Virus record (IMG/VR): IMGVR_UViG_3300017565_000002 | Coordinates: 64,001-128,000 of that record | Length of the DNA stretch: 64,000 bases | Strand: one strand, 5' to 3' | Source: a virus | Lineage: Duplodnaviria; Caudoviricetes | Shown: one piece after another, positions 19,462 to 29,568 of the stretch | How the letters are laid out: each line of letters opens with the position of its first letter | How positions within the stretch are numbered: the stretch's first letter is position 1 | The notes under the pieces: generated by a model | What the model saw: the letters and a program-made list of their open reading frames with translations, nothing else | Databases searched by the model: none | What the model was told of the DNA's origin: nothing | Position numbers and translations under genes: made by a program

Positions 19462-19519
19462 TAGAGTGAACTTACTTACATAGTAAGTTACACATATACT
19501 AACTGAGAGGTGTTCTAAA

Positions 19520-20737
19520 ATGGACGCAAACAATGAAGCAGCTAGACTATTGCTACAAGGATTGACGCAAGAGCATCCTGCAATGGTGGCAAATAAAAAG
19601 TTGAGGGAGAGAGAATCAGTGGAAGAAAACAAAGGATTTATCGCTGGCGTTATCGGTGTGGGTGCAGGTGGAGGAAACACAGCCCATCTGCTTACAAGTG
19701 CAGAATACGCAACAGCGGCATTGAATACAACACAGTCTGACATGAAAGATATCAACGTTCACGTCAAGCTTGCCATCAAAGGAATTGATGGCTCCGGTAA
19801 AGACCCGAACTTCTCGTCATCCGAATTCAAGCGGGTTGGCAAAGAAATATTGGCAGAAAAGAGCCTTCAGCAAGTTTTGAATAATGATATCATTTTCGTC
19901 ATTGGCACTGGCGGTGGGGGAACTGGAACTGTTGTTTCAATCATGGTTGCCGGGTTCCTCAAGAATGAATTTCCGAACAAGACGATCATTCTTGTCGGTC
20001 TGCTCGGGAGCATCAAAGAAGATCGACAAGAGCAACGCAATATGCGGGCTTTCCTATCCAACCTCGAAACCAAGGCTAAAGTGGCTGGATGTCCGTATAT
20101 GCTATTCGATAATAACCGTGTTAAAAATAAAATGGGAGACGATATCTACACGGAAGTCAACCAAGAAGCCGCGAACGCAATTCGTCTCGTTGCCAAGGAA
20201 TATTTTGTCGAGAACGCGAGGAGCAATATTGACGGTCGCGACTATGCTCGGCTTACGAGCTTTGGGGGTTTGATGTCAGTTTTGACAGTTCCAAACCTCC
20301 AAGTCAGTGTCGCAGATGATAAAGTAGATCTTGTCAGTCGTGTGCAAGCAGCGATTGACAAATCGTCGGCTATTGTGACGAAAGATCCGGAAGCATACGG
20401 ATTCTTCGTGAATACGCATCCGGAAGTTTACAGCAACATCGATACGACCTTTGATGATATCCAAAATCATATTGGTCGTCCGACCGCTGGTCTCGTATTC
20501 AAACATCTTCAAAATTCAACGTCTCAAGGCCCCGAATTTGGTATTATCATGACGGGCATGGAAGCACCGGTCGATCGGTTTACAATGATTGAGCGTCGTA
20601 TCCAAGAGTATGAGAATGTGAAGGAAAAAGCAACACTTCCCACAGTGGACCGAGACGGAACTCAATTGCGCCTGGCCGGAGATTCCAAAGAAGCTCCTAA
20701 CAGCGGCACAGGGTCAAGCTTCTTAGATTTATTTTAA
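19520..20737 (+). CDS. tubulin/FtsZ-family GTPase (PhuZ/TubZ-like)
   Basis: IGVGAGGGN, GIDGSGKD, signature GTGGGGTGT, FDN. Confidence 0.9.
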   Translation: MDANNEAARLLLQGLTQEHPAMVANKKLRERESVEENKGFIAGVIGVGAGGGNTAHLLTSAEYATAALNTTQSDMKDINVHVKLAIKGIDGSGKDPNFSSSEFKRVGKEILAEKSLQQVLNNDIIFVIGTGGGGTGTVVSIMVAGFLKNEFPNKTIILVGLLGSIKEDRQEQRNMRAFLSNLETKAKVAGCPYMLFDNNRVKNKMGDDIYTEVNQEAANAIRLVAKEYFVENARSNIDGRDYARLTSFGGLMSVLTVPNLQVSVADDKVDLVSRVQAAIDKSSAIVTKDPEAYGFFVNTHPEVYSNIDTTFDDIQNHIGRPTAGLVFKHLQNSTSQGPEFGIIMTGMEAPVDRFTMIERRIQEYENVKEKATLPTVDRDGTQLRLAGDSKEAPNSGTGSSFLDLF

Positions 20738-20756
20738 AAAAGGGAGCTGTTAATGC

Positions 20757-21734
20757 GTGAAGATTAACGACAAACCAAAGCCAAAGCAACAACACGATCG
20801 GCCGATTCGAAATCATCCGGTCGGAAAGCAAGAGGGGAATAGAGATACAATACCCCTATCAAAGATTTATGAGTCACCAAAATTCATGCTGAGAAGAAGC
20901 TTGGAGGTGATAGAAGTGGCAGTTCAAGATCAACTCGACACGTTGTTTGATGATTACACCAAATGGCGACGAGGAAATGCAAAGAAACCTGAGTACATTT
21001 TCAACATGCTGTTAGACTTTGCATTCGCAGCAGTATTGCCAAAGATTGTGAAACAGAATTTCGACTTCATCTTGGAACGAGGCGAGGAGTTTAGCGAACT
21101 GCTCTCCAGTGCTGTATCCGAGCTATCGAAGCGAAATCCGCAATTAACCAAAGCCAAAGAAATGATCGCAATCTATTCGACCATCTACGAGGATTTGAAT
21201 GAGCGGAGAATCAAGAAAGTATTCAAACTGGAGATACCGGGGGTAGAATGGGCAGGCGCACTCAAGCTCTGTATTGTGTCCCATGGTTCTGCCGGGCATA
21301 CGATGAACAACACACTCCGGGCAATTTACACGACGTTGAAAACAACGTCGTATGATGTGATCCGGAAGCTGTTTATCAAACTATATGGTAAACATGATCT
21401 AGGTAGAGTTGCTATCCACATCCTTCTTGAGCGGGGATATGATAAGCAGAAAAATAGCTGGATCAACCGTGAACTGTATGATATGATCACAAATTTGGCA
21501 TTGAATGAATTAGAGCGGCTTCCACAGAAAGAAATCAAAAGTCTGCTCGCATTGTATTGCAACGAGAGGCGGAAGAGTGAGTTTGAACAATTCACACGCC
21601 GCCGGGTCAACTTCTCCATGATCGATAGTGACGATTATGAGAAGATTACTAAGGCAGTAAAGAAGCTGGCAAAGAAGAACGATATGTATCGTAGCTTCCT
21701 TGATCAGGGTCACATCACTAAGAAAAAGGGCTGA
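20757..21734 (+). CDS. hypothetical basic helical protein downstream of tubulin
   Basis: 325 aa, GTG start; terminator AAAGGGCTGAT/ATCGGCCCTTT at 21725-21756. Confidence 0.8.
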   Translation: MKINDKPKPKQQHDRPIRNHPVGKQEGNRDTIPLSKIYESPKFMLRRSLEVIEVAVQDQLDTLFDDYTKWRRGNAKKPEYIFNMLLDFAFAAVLPKIVKQNFDFILERGEEFSELLSSAVSELSKRNPQLTKAKEMIAIYSTIYEDLNERRIKKVFKLEIPGVEWAGALKLCIVSHGSAGHTMNNTLRAIYTTLKTTSYDVIRKLFIKLYGKHDLGRVAIHILLERGYDKQKNSWINRELYDMITNLALNELERLPQKEIKSLLALYCNERRKSEFEQFTRRRVNFSMIDSDDYEKITKAVKKLAKKNDMYRSFLDQGHITKKKG

Positions 21735-21771
21735 TATTATCGGCCCTTTCTTTTTTATAATCTAAGGAGGA

Positions 21772-22467
21772 ATGAAGATGTTTAAACCACTTAACCTGCT
21801 TCAACCGGGTTCTACGGTTTCTGGGGGGTGGAAAGTCAGCTTAGCGGATAAAGATATACCCGGCTATCCCTATTCAATTTATTTGGATATACCTGATAAT
21901 AAACTGAAACTGTATATCGATCCCAAGAGTTACATGGATATCACAACTGCTCGCGGGGTAAGTATGCAGGCAATGACAAAAATAGCTATGGTTGAACCTA
22001 GTGTTGATAACCGCGGGAATTGGTTCCCGGTCGTAAAGCTTGGAGAAGAAAACACAGATCACAATGTCGTCATGTTCAATATCGAACTCGATATCGGAGA
22101 CGTGATTACGAGTCTATCGGCGGTTAATCTCCTCGTTCTTACACAGCAAACACTGTTTTTAGATCATAAATACATCCATGGGGTCATTGCGTTTAGTCCT
22201 GATCGCACCACTGAATCACGTCTGTGTATAGAACATGGAATCGAGTACAGTACGTCAAGAACTGTTCGGACGATTGTTTATCCGCCATCCAATGAACCGT
22301 CCATCTCACCACCCGATATGTATCGGGATGTAGTGAGATATGAAACTCCAACGCCGAAAATGGAAATACCAGCGTTGCATCAAGTAACGAAAGACGAACT
22401 TGCGAGAATTTTATTAAATAACTCGCCATCAAACACTTCTATAAATGAAGGTGAAGGGAGAAACTAA
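21772..22467 (+). CDS. hypothetical protein
   Basis: 231 aa with RBS AAGGAGG. Confidence 0.75.
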   Translation: MKMFKPLNLLQPGSTVSGGWKVSLADKDIPGYPYSIYLDIPDNKLKLYIDPKSYMDITTARGVSMQAMTKIAMVEPSVDNRGNWFPVVKLGEENTDHNVVMFNIELDIGDVITSLSAVNLLVLTQQTLFLDHKYIHGVIAFSPDRTTESRLCIEHGIEYSTSRTVRTIVYPPSNEPSISPPDMYRDVVRYETPTPKMEIPALHQVTKDELARILLNNSPSNTSINEGEGRN

Positions 22468-22470
22468 CGT

Positions 22471-23775
22471 ATGGGGTTAATATCCAAAATTGATGGTCTA
22501 AGAAAAAATGAGAAGAAAATAGATGATCGGATTGTGACAGAAATGTCATATCCGTCTGGACTCTTACCTTTAGATTATGCAAATGGTGTACGAGTTGTAT
22601 CATATGACGAAAATGACCGCCCTGTCCATAAGACGGATCTTATCGGATTCGTTGGGGGTTCGAAAATTACAACAATTGGACTATCCGGCACGGGGAAGAC
22701 CGCATTGGCCATTGAGCTGGCAGCCACCGGAATTCATATGTTTGGCGATAAATCCGGTGTTCAACATGCCGATATTGAGAAAGCATCAACGATGCAACGT
22801 CCGATAAAAATTCTTCGATTACCTCCATCTATTTTGAGAGAGACATACGCCATGGATCGCGATATGGCGGCGGAAGACATTGTTGATAAATTTATGTCAC
22901 ATTGTAAGGTAAAGCTTGATAATCGTAAGGAATATACTTACGATACAGGCGTATATAATCTGTATAATGAAAGAATGTATGAACTCTACCCATCGGCTAT
23001 GCTTATCGATTCTTTTGCCATGTTTAAGAGTAAAGAAGTCGATTTGATGGCTGCTAAAAAGGTAGAAGATGTAACGCATAATATGATTGCGGCACAGGCG
23101 GCAAAGTTTAATAAAGGCGTACTGGGGCAGATGGTAGCATACGGCAAAAAGGCAAATGTGTCGATCATTTCAGTCAACCATCTGTTACCAAGTGTAAATA
23201 CTGGATTTTTGCCAAAACCATCTCAACACATGTATTTATCACAGGATGAAATGATGCCTGGTGGCCAAGCTACAATCTTCTTGGCAAACAACATCATTAA
23301 ACTGAAGGTTATGACTAAATGGAATATAGATAAACCCGAGAAAATGGAATATGGGTTCAAAGGGTTCCTAATCGAAGCTCGGTTGTTGAAATCCCGTACG
23401 AATTCGTCGAATATTCCGATTGAGCTTGTATTCGATGGTCGTAGAGGTGGATTTTCAAAACTGATGACGTTATTCCATTATGCATACACTAACAAGATCA
23501 TCCAAGGATCTCCAAACTCTATGTACCTTCCGGGATACACTAGAACTAAGTTTACACGGAAAACATTCGAGGAGAGTGTAGAGAGAGATCCCGAACTTAT
23601 TGAGGCATTATTACATGCTTGCCTTCCAAGCTTAGAAACCATGTTATCAACCGATTATGGTGATAACACAAACGAGGAATCTTCCAGTCAACGCCTTGAT
23701 GCCATGTATATGGCAATCGAGGAGCATGAGAAGGACGTCGAAGATTATAAGAAACGCGGTTGGCTTGATTTTTGA
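22471..23775 (+). CDS. recA: RecA/UvsX-like recombinase
   Basis: GLSGTGKT, HADIE, LIDSFA, ISVNH, PGGQATIFLANNIIKL, KSRTN. Confidence 0.85.
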   Translation: MGLISKIDGLRKNEKKIDDRIVTEMSYPSGLLPLDYANGVRVVSYDENDRPVHKTDLIGFVGGSKITTIGLSGTGKTALAIELAATGIHMFGDKSGVQHADIEKASTMQRPIKILRLPPSILRETYAMDRDMAAEDIVDKFMSHCKVKLDNRKEYTYDTGVYNLYNERMYELYPSAMLIDSFAMFKSKEVDLMAAKKVEDVTHNMIAAQAAKFNKGVLGQMVAYGKKANVSIISVNHLLPSVNTGFLPKPSQHMYLSQDEMMPGGQATIFLANNIIKLKVMTKWNIDKPEKMEYGFKGFLIEARLLKSRTNSSNIPIELVFDGRRGGFSKLMTLFHYAYTNKIIQGSPNSMYLPGYTRTKFTRKTFEESVERDPELIEALLHACLPSLETMLSTDYGDNTNEESSSQRLDAMYMAIEEHEKDVEDYKKRGWLDF

Positions 23776-23782
23776 TAAAAGC

Positions 23783-23791
23783 ATATATTAT
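23783..23791 (+). promoter_or_regulatory. early promoter motif ATATATTAT
   Basis: Upstream of the RNAP beta gene; leader hairpin GAGATGGGA/TCCCATCTC. Confidence 0.55.
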
Positions 23792-23859
23792 ATTTGAGAG
23801 AGATGGGATAAGAATCCCATCTCCTCTATCCGACTTCTATTTGAGGAGGAAACTGCAAG

Positions 23860-25956
23860 ATGTTGAAGCCAGAACAAATTGAAGATCTTCGAAGGATTGC
23901 CGCTGAAATCAAATCTATTGACCATGTATATGGTAGCGGCTTAATGACACCATTTGGGGTGAAGGTCAACTCATCCCGTGCAGCAATGACATATCAACAG
24001 TTGACACAAGCAAAGAATTTGGATACACCGGAAATTGCGAGAGTAAGCACCGGGTATGAGAAAGTATATGGAGACAGGTCCACTTCCTTCTATGAATCAG
24101 AGAAGAAAGTTGATGTGGTCCATAAGATCCAAAAATTTGGCAACGATTCTGTCTATGTATTGATTACCAGAGAGAAAGGAACTAACCACTACGATCTTAT
24201 TGAACGGAAAGCTGTTGAATCTTTCGCTGAATCCAGTGGCGTCAAAATCAACAATGAAGTTATCGACAAGAAAAAACCGGGAAGTATAATTGATAAAGGA
24301 GAAATCCTCTATCGGTCGACTTCCTACGATGAAGATATGAACTATCGTCTCGGCGTTAATGCTAAGACGCTATATATGGTATCACCATTCATTATAGAGG
24401 ATGCTGTAGACGTTTCCAACAGACTTGCGGAAAAGCTAAGAAGTACCTCGGTTCAGACATATACGATACCAAAGAACACCAATGATGTCTTCCTCAATAC
24501 CTATGGGACTAAGCATCATTATAAAGTATTCCCGGATATTGGAGAGAAGGTAAAGGACAGAACACTTTGTGTTCGCAGGCGAATTGACTATAACAACGCC
24601 CAATATCTATTGAAGGGTAAAAACCTTCGCAAAGAGATGCATGGGGATACTGCCTATTATACACCGGCTGATGCCGAAGTTGTCGATATCGACATCTACT
24701 GTAATACACCATTTGATGAATTACCAAGGGACAATGCACATGCCCAGATCAATAAATATCTGGACATGACTACAGCGTATTGGCAAACGATATACGATAC
24801 TTTATCCGAAATCTGCGGGGATGAAAAGAACACTTACTCGGATAATATCGGACTATTCTATGCACGGGCTCGTGATGTGCTGAGTATCGGCAAGCGAGTG
24901 AAGTGGAAAACCGAGGTATCGATTTTTGACAATATGATTATCACGATCACCATAGCAAAAAGTTCTCCGGCAATGGAAGGTTCTAAGTTGGTTGGTCGCC
25001 ACGGAAATAAATGTGTCATATCTAGGATTGTACCGGATGACCAAATGCCGGTAGACGAGGATGGAAATTTCTGCGATATCCAATACAATGCACAGAGTGT
25101 TATCGCGCGTCTTAATCAGTCACAATCCTATGAGCCTGAGATGAATTGGATTGTGGATGAGATTCTAAAAGGTAAAGCATCCAAAGAAGTCAAATTTGAA
25201 TCACTGATGATTTTCTTAAGTCTTTGCAACCCAGATCAGGAGAAAATGATTCGAAAATTCTTCGAACAACTATCCAGGGAGGAAAAGAAGAAATTTTTAG
25301 ATGAAATAACGACGGAATTTGTGACGTTCCAGCCACCTTCAAAGACCGTCACTTTTGAAAATTATTCAAAAATGATTGATAAGTTCAAACCGAAGAAGAA
25401 AAGATTTACAATTAAGAGCAAAGATGGGACCGTGTCCAAGATCCAACGGAAACTGATTATGTCGGATACCTATGTATATCGACTGAAACACGAACCGATT
25501 ACAAAGTTCTCCGTTCGGTCTAAGGGTACAATCAATCCAAGGACGTTTCTCCCGATCAAGTCTCATGCTTACAGCCGGGGGACGGCACTGTTCAACAACC
25601 AAGCGATTCGGCTTGGGACGATGGAGATGGATGTGTTAAGACTGTGTAACGATCCTGCTGCTATCAACTATATGACCAGATTATATTGCACGTCGGTCGT
25701 TGGGCGCAGGGAATTTAATAGACTCCTAAACATGGATATATTCTCTAAAGAGATGCAAATCGACATGGAGAATCATAAATCCAGAGTAGTGGACATGTTT
25801 AACTCCACTTTGCTTGCAGCTGGCTACGTACTTTCCATTGAGCTTGGAGAGACAGAAGAAATCAAGAATGAACTCATGATGGATCTGGCCGAGATGAGCA
25901 AGAAGAATGTTAAGCTTGTGTTTAAACAGTCGTATTTAGAAACTCGTAATAAATAA
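23860..25956 (+). CDS. rpoB: RNA polymerase beta C-terminal half, probably non-virion RNAP
   Basis: SSRAAM, IIEDA, GSKLVGRHGNKCVIS, RLKHEP..KFSVRS, IRLGTMEM. Confidence 0.9.
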   Translation: MLKPEQIEDLRRIAAEIKSIDHVYGSGLMTPFGVKVNSSRAAMTYQQLTQAKNLDTPEIARVSTGYEKVYGDRSTSFYESEKKVDVVHKIQKFGNDSVYVLITREKGTNHYDLIERKAVESFAESSGVKINNEVIDKKKPGSIIDKGEILYRSTSYDEDMNYRLGVNAKTLYMVSPFIIEDAVDVSNRLAEKLRSTSVQTYTIPKNTNDVFLNTYGTKHHYKVFPDIGEKVKDRTLCVRRRIDYNNAQYLLKGKNLRKEMHGDTAYYTPADAEVVDIDIYCNTPFDELPRDNAHAQINKYLDMTTAYWQTIYDTLSEICGDEKNTYSDNIGLFYARARDVLSIGKRVKWKTEVSIFDNMIITITIAKSSPAMEGSKLVGRHGNKCVISRIVPDDQMPVDEDGNFCDIQYNAQSVIARLNQSQSYEPEMNWIVDEILKGKASKEVKFESLMIFLSLCNPDQEKMIRKFFEQLSREEKKKFLDEITTEFVTFQPPSKTVTFENYSKMIDKFKPKKKRFTIKSKDGTVSKIQRKLIMSDTYVYRLKHEPITKFSVRSKGTINPRTFLPIKSHAYSRGTALFNNQAIRLGTMEMDVLRLCNDPAAINYMTRLYCTSVVGRREFNRLLNMDIFSKEMQIDMENHKSRVVDMFNSTLLAAGYVLSIELGETEEIKNELMMDLAEMSKKNVKLVFKQSYLETRNK

Positions 25957-25961
25957 GAGGG

Positions 25962-25988
25962 GAGTGCGAGGAAACTCGCACTCTTTTT
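25962..25988 (+). terminator. intrinsic terminator
   Basis: GAGTGCGAG-gaaa-CTCGCACTC followed by TTTTT. Confidence 0.85.
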
Positions 25989-26008
25989 CGTTTGAAGGGA
26001 GATAAGGC

Positions 26009-28198
26009 ATGGAACCCAAGAAGATTGTAAAGCGACTGAATCGATATATTGATGAAAATCGGTATGCGTCAGCTGCTAGTCTCGTATCATCACCCGATGT
26101 GGCCGAGAGCTTGTTATCATACTTGTATTGGGTGGAGAGAAACATCTCCAATCGCGGAGATTATGATGAAGTAATGAAAGACATAGAAGAAGCAATTGAG
26201 ACTGTTATTAAGGTTTCCAAACTTCTCTATGACATCAACTGGACAAGAACTGGGCTTATGTTCAGACTTATGCCGGACGAAGTGTATGACAATTTGCTTG
26301 AGCGTTATAAGAGTATCAAAGATCAAGAGCCGTTCCCGGACAAAGTATTCTCTGGAATGAGAGATGAATCTCACGACTTTCCTGAATTGGTGGGTACACT
26401 GGATAAGGCATATGAGATTCGAGACATCAGTGACAAAATGTCGCTTGAGAAGTTCTTGAAAAGAATTATGACGTCTATGAACTTGAAGCGATTGGCTATT
26501 GGTATTGGTGAGAAGTACGACGGAACTTCTATTTCGGCAACCTTCTCAACAGTTTCTACATTGACTATTCCATTAAAGGCAACTTCCCGCGGAGACTTCA
26601 TTGAAAATAAAGGAGTCGACATGAGTCGATTGGTCATCGGGCGTAAGGGATTTGGTATAGGCCCATTCCATACCCTGATGGATAAAATGGGTATCCAATA
26701 TGAGGTGATGATCACCGAGGATGGAAGGAATCAGTTATCGAAGCTGACCGGAATCAACTATTCGACTCGTCGAGCAGCCGCTACAGCCGCTGTAAAACGG
26801 CTTACCCATGGCGATCTGTCACAGGATGAGGTTGAAAAGTTCTTTAAATGCATATCTTTGGTCCCACTGAACGTCAATGAGCAATTCCTACGTGTACTAG
26901 ATCTGAGCTGGTTTCAAGCGATGGATCAACTTGGAACTGTTGCAAAGTATGGAGACATCACACCTAAGATTGATATCATTGAGGGTACGTTAGAGGAACT
27001 CTTGGTTCAGTTTACCGACTACGTAGCGAAATATGCAGCCCTCAGAAACACATTGCCCTACAATATTGATGGGCTAGTAGTTTCCGTTGTCGATGAAGCT
27101 GTGCGTAAGGAATTGGGAAGATCCAACAATAAGAATCGTTGGCAAATTGCCTATAAGTTCAATGCATTAGTAAGACGAACGAAGGTAATTGGTATCCTAA
27201 CCACACAAGGACGTCAAGGGTTTTTAGGCCATAACATCCTGTTTGATCCAATCGAGTTCAATGGTGTGCAGTATGATAAGGCACCTGTGAATAATGTGAC
27301 TCGATTTAATGGATTGGATTTACGCATTAGAGATGAAGTATTAGTCTCCTATAATGCAGATGTGATGGGATATCTATATAAAGACGATACCTGTGTGCCA
27401 AACCCCGACGGAAAGAAGATTAAACTTCCGAAACGGTGTGTCAACTGCGAAGAACCGCTAATCATCGTAAAGGATATGCTCAAGTGTACAAACGAGGATT
27501 GCCCCGGTCAACAGATTGGGCGTATCTTAGAGGTTATTCGTATTTTGGATATCGATTTCTTCGGGGAAGAAACAGCTCAAGCCCTGACTGAGAATGGTAT
27601 CACAAATGCGATTGACTTCATCAGTATGGACAGGGATACATTAGCTAAAGTGCTTGTCGGAAAGAACTTGGACAAAGCATGGAAGCAATTCCGGGATAAG
27701 ATAGAAGCCGAGATTGACTATGCAAAAGTAGTGGATCTCCTCCGAGTACCTTCTCTCCGGACGAAGACAGCCAGAAAGATCTTGGATCACATTGGTGTTA
27801 CCAAGTTTCTATCCTTGATGGTAGGTTCTGCAACGCAAACGGGTCAACGCTATCTGGCTAAATCTCTCACAGAAGTTCCGGGTATTAATAAGAATGCGAC
27901 AGGATTTGCCGAGGGGTTAGCAGCTAAGCTTGATGAATTTAATCGACTTGTTGGGCTACTGAATGTCGTAGAAGGAACCCAACCAGTATTTGATAAAATG
28001 GTATTGGTATCAGGGTTTAGACGGGATGACACATTCGAGGAAATCTGTAAGAAATTGAACTATGGTGTGACAGATTCGGGGAAATATGATATTCTGGTTG
28101 TGACACAAGACCGGCTAGATGGGTCTAAAGCACGTGCTGCTCGAAAATCCGGAAAACCGATCTATACGCTTCCGGAATTTATTTCCAAATATAAATAA
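26009..28198 (+). CDS. ligA: NAD-dependent DNA ligase
   Basis: DEVYD, EKYDG (adenylated K), SRGD, DGLV, AYKF, C4 Zn finger, HhH repeats, BRCT-like tail. Confidence 0.95.
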   Translation: MEPKKIVKRLNRYIDENRYASAASLVSSPDVAESLLSYLYWVERNISNRGDYDEVMKDIEEAIETVIKVSKLLYDINWTRTGLMFRLMPDEVYDNLLERYKSIKDQEPFPDKVFSGMRDESHDFPELVGTLDKAYEIRDISDKMSLEKFLKRIMTSMNLKRLAIGIGEKYDGTSISATFSTVSTLTIPLKATSRGDFIENKGVDMSRLVIGRKGFGIGPFHTLMDKMGIQYEVMITEDGRNQLSKLTGINYSTRRAAATAAVKRLTHGDLSQDEVEKFFKCISLVPLNVNEQFLRVLDLSWFQAMDQLGTVAKYGDITPKIDIIEGTLEELLVQFTDYVAKYAALRNTLPYNIDGLVVSVVDEAVRKELGRSNNKNRWQIAYKFNALVRRTKVIGILTTQGRQGFLGHNILFDPIEFNGVQYDKAPVNNVTRFNGLDLRIRDEVLVSYNADVMGYLYKDDTCVPNPDGKKIKLPKRCVNCEEPLIIVKDMLKCTNEDCPGQQIGRILEVIRILDIDFFGEETAQALTENGITNAIDFISMDRDTLAKVLVGKNLDKAWKQFRDKIEAEIDYAKVVDLLRVPSLRTKTARKILDHIGVTKFLSLMVGSATQTGQRYLAKSLTEVPGINKNATGFAEGLAAKLDEFNRLVGLLNVVEGTQPVFDKMVLVSGFRRDDTFEEICKKLNYGVTDSGKYDILVVTQDRLDGSKARAARKSGKPIYTLPEFISKYK

Positions 28199-28208
28199 AT
28201 TGAGTTCT

Positions 28209-28220
28209 AACAATTTATTG
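28209..28220 (+). promoter_or_regulatory. late promoter AACA-N6-TG (+1 at 28220)
   Basis: AACA-atttat-TG, 8 nt before the closing helix of the RNA candidate. Confidence 0.55.
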
Positions 28221-28540
28221 AATCTGAATCTTAGTCGAAGGGTCGCCAGAGGCGATTTTGGATCAAATCTCTTCGTACTCATAATCGCTTTACCGTAGAC
28301 GGAACTGACTGTGCATGTGCGCGGCGGCGAACAATGGGCTAGGGATGTGAAGAGTGCAGGTTGTTTTACCATCGGCCTTGTACTGAAGAATTCCAACGCT
28401 CGGTTTGCATTCTGTCATTTGAGGGAGAGCTGGAGACTGATACGGAGGTACGATCAAACAATTCCAAATGGACCCTGTTTGACTAAGGTGATAAGATCAG
28501 TAACGGACTGAGCCATAAAGGTGCTCAGTCCGTTATCTTT
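28220..28540 (+). ncRNA. candidate large structured ncRNA (core 28228-28489, ~262 nt), family unknown
   Basis: 5' ATCTTAGTCGAAGGGTC pairs with 3' GACCCTGTTTGACTAAGGT. Nested helices 28273-80/28445-53, 28327-32/28403-08 and 28353-60/28376-84. G-U pairs favour the + strand. Confidence 0.7.
28501..28540 (+). terminator. terminator closing the ncRNA candidate
   Basis: 13-bp perfect stem TAACGGACTGAGC/GCTCAGTCCGTTA followed by TCTTT. Confidence 0.8.
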
Positions 28541-28653
28541 GTCGAGTAATTTATAATGACCCATAAAACTAAAAATAGCATGAAATGCGGGAATGTATAG
28601 AAAGAAAAAGGCCTAACCATTTCAAATATTTTAAAACACTACAACGACCAATG

Positions 28654-28662
28654 ATATATTAT
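28654..28662 (+). promoter_or_regulatory. early promoter motif ATATATTAT
   Basis: Upstream of 28706. Confidence 0.55.
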
Positions 28663-28705
28663 AGGATAGTATAACCACTTTAAATCTCGAAGGAGATGGA
28701 AGACA

Positions 28706-29470
28706 ATGATTGAAGCGTACATTAGTTTAAAGACTGCTAAGAAGGTTATGGATTTGGCTGACTGGAAAGACTTTGTCAAGCAAATCACAAAGGAAGCCGA
28801 TGACAGAGACAAAGCCAAGGAAAATATGGATATGGTCATACAGGCTCATATTACCTCGGCGATATCGCAGGCAATTCCGCGTGCTGTGTATTTGAAAGTG
28901 CTTGAATTGTCGAAGCAGGGTCAATTGGAAGATGGTGAGATAGTTGGCTCCGTACATATCGGACCATTATCATATAGTGCAATTGTTTCACGTCAAGAGG
29001 AAAACGGTACAGTTTCCGTCACCCCTCATTTGGATTCCACAGATCCAAACGGCGAATCTTGGTCGTATCAGCTATTCGAGCGTAAGCCATACAAACATCC
29101 CGAGCTTCTGCAAATCATTGCAACGCAAATACTGGATAACGAAGATATCCTGATCGAATGCGTCCGCAATTTCTTTGCAGGATGGACATACGATTCCAAT
29201 AAGGATGTATGGGTTGAAAATGATGCCATGTTTGATTTAAGTTTCACGGATAGCGATATCTCGCATTTTATCGCAATTCACATCATGACGTTATTGTATG
29301 CGCTCGTCAATTCACTTGGAGAGGATGATGCGGAGGGCTATTCCGGTGTGCATATCCCACAGGAAGGTACCTATCTAATTTCCACTTCGTCTGACGGGAC
29401 GATGGTTGTAAGCTTGGTGCCAGACGTTAATTACAAACTTGCAATCAAGAACGACAGACTCAAGTTGTAG
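28706..29470 (+). CDS. hypothetical protein, paralog of 29569-30273
   Basis: SAISQAIPRAVYL, IPQEGTY and AIKNDRL shared with the neighbour. Confidence 0.8.
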   Translation: MIEAYISLKTAKKVMDLADWKDFVKQITKEADDRDKAKENMDMVIQAHITSAISQAIPRAVYLKVLELSKQGQLEDGEIVGSVHIGPLSYSAIVSRQEENGTVSVTPHLDSTDPNGESWSYQLFERKPYKHPELLQIIATQILDNEDILIECVRNFFAGWTYDSNKDVWVENDAMFDLSFTDSDISHFIAIHIMTLLYALVNSLGEDDAEGYSGVHIPQEGTYLISTSSDGTMVVSLVPDVNYKLAIKNDRLKL

Positions 29471-29492
29471 TTAGTCGATTTAAAAATCAAGC

Positions 29493-29501
29493 ATATATTA
29501 T
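29493..29501 (+). promoter_or_regulatory. early promoter motif ATATATTAT
   Basis: Upstream of 29569; leader hairpin AGTATG/CATACT. Confidence 0.55.
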
Positions 29502-29568
29502 TAAACTGAGTATGTGACATACTATTGTATGTATCACATAAATAAATGACTAAAGGAGAATAAAGAAC

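Noticed and set aside
28330-28341. AACA-N6-TA motif inside the large RNA candidate
   Set aside because: One chance match is plausible in ~300 nt; not used as evidence.
28228-28489. Calling the RNA an SRP RNA, RNase P, tmRNA, hammerhead or retron
   Set aside because: No SRP CAGG..GGAA..AGCA helix 8, no GAGGAAAGUCC, no tRNA-like ends; CUGAAGA lacks a partner GAAA; no reverse transcriptase in the window.
28115-28511. Short ORFs 28115-28396(-) and 28311-28511(+)
   Set aside because: No RBS or protein-like features; the region is better explained by RNA pairing.
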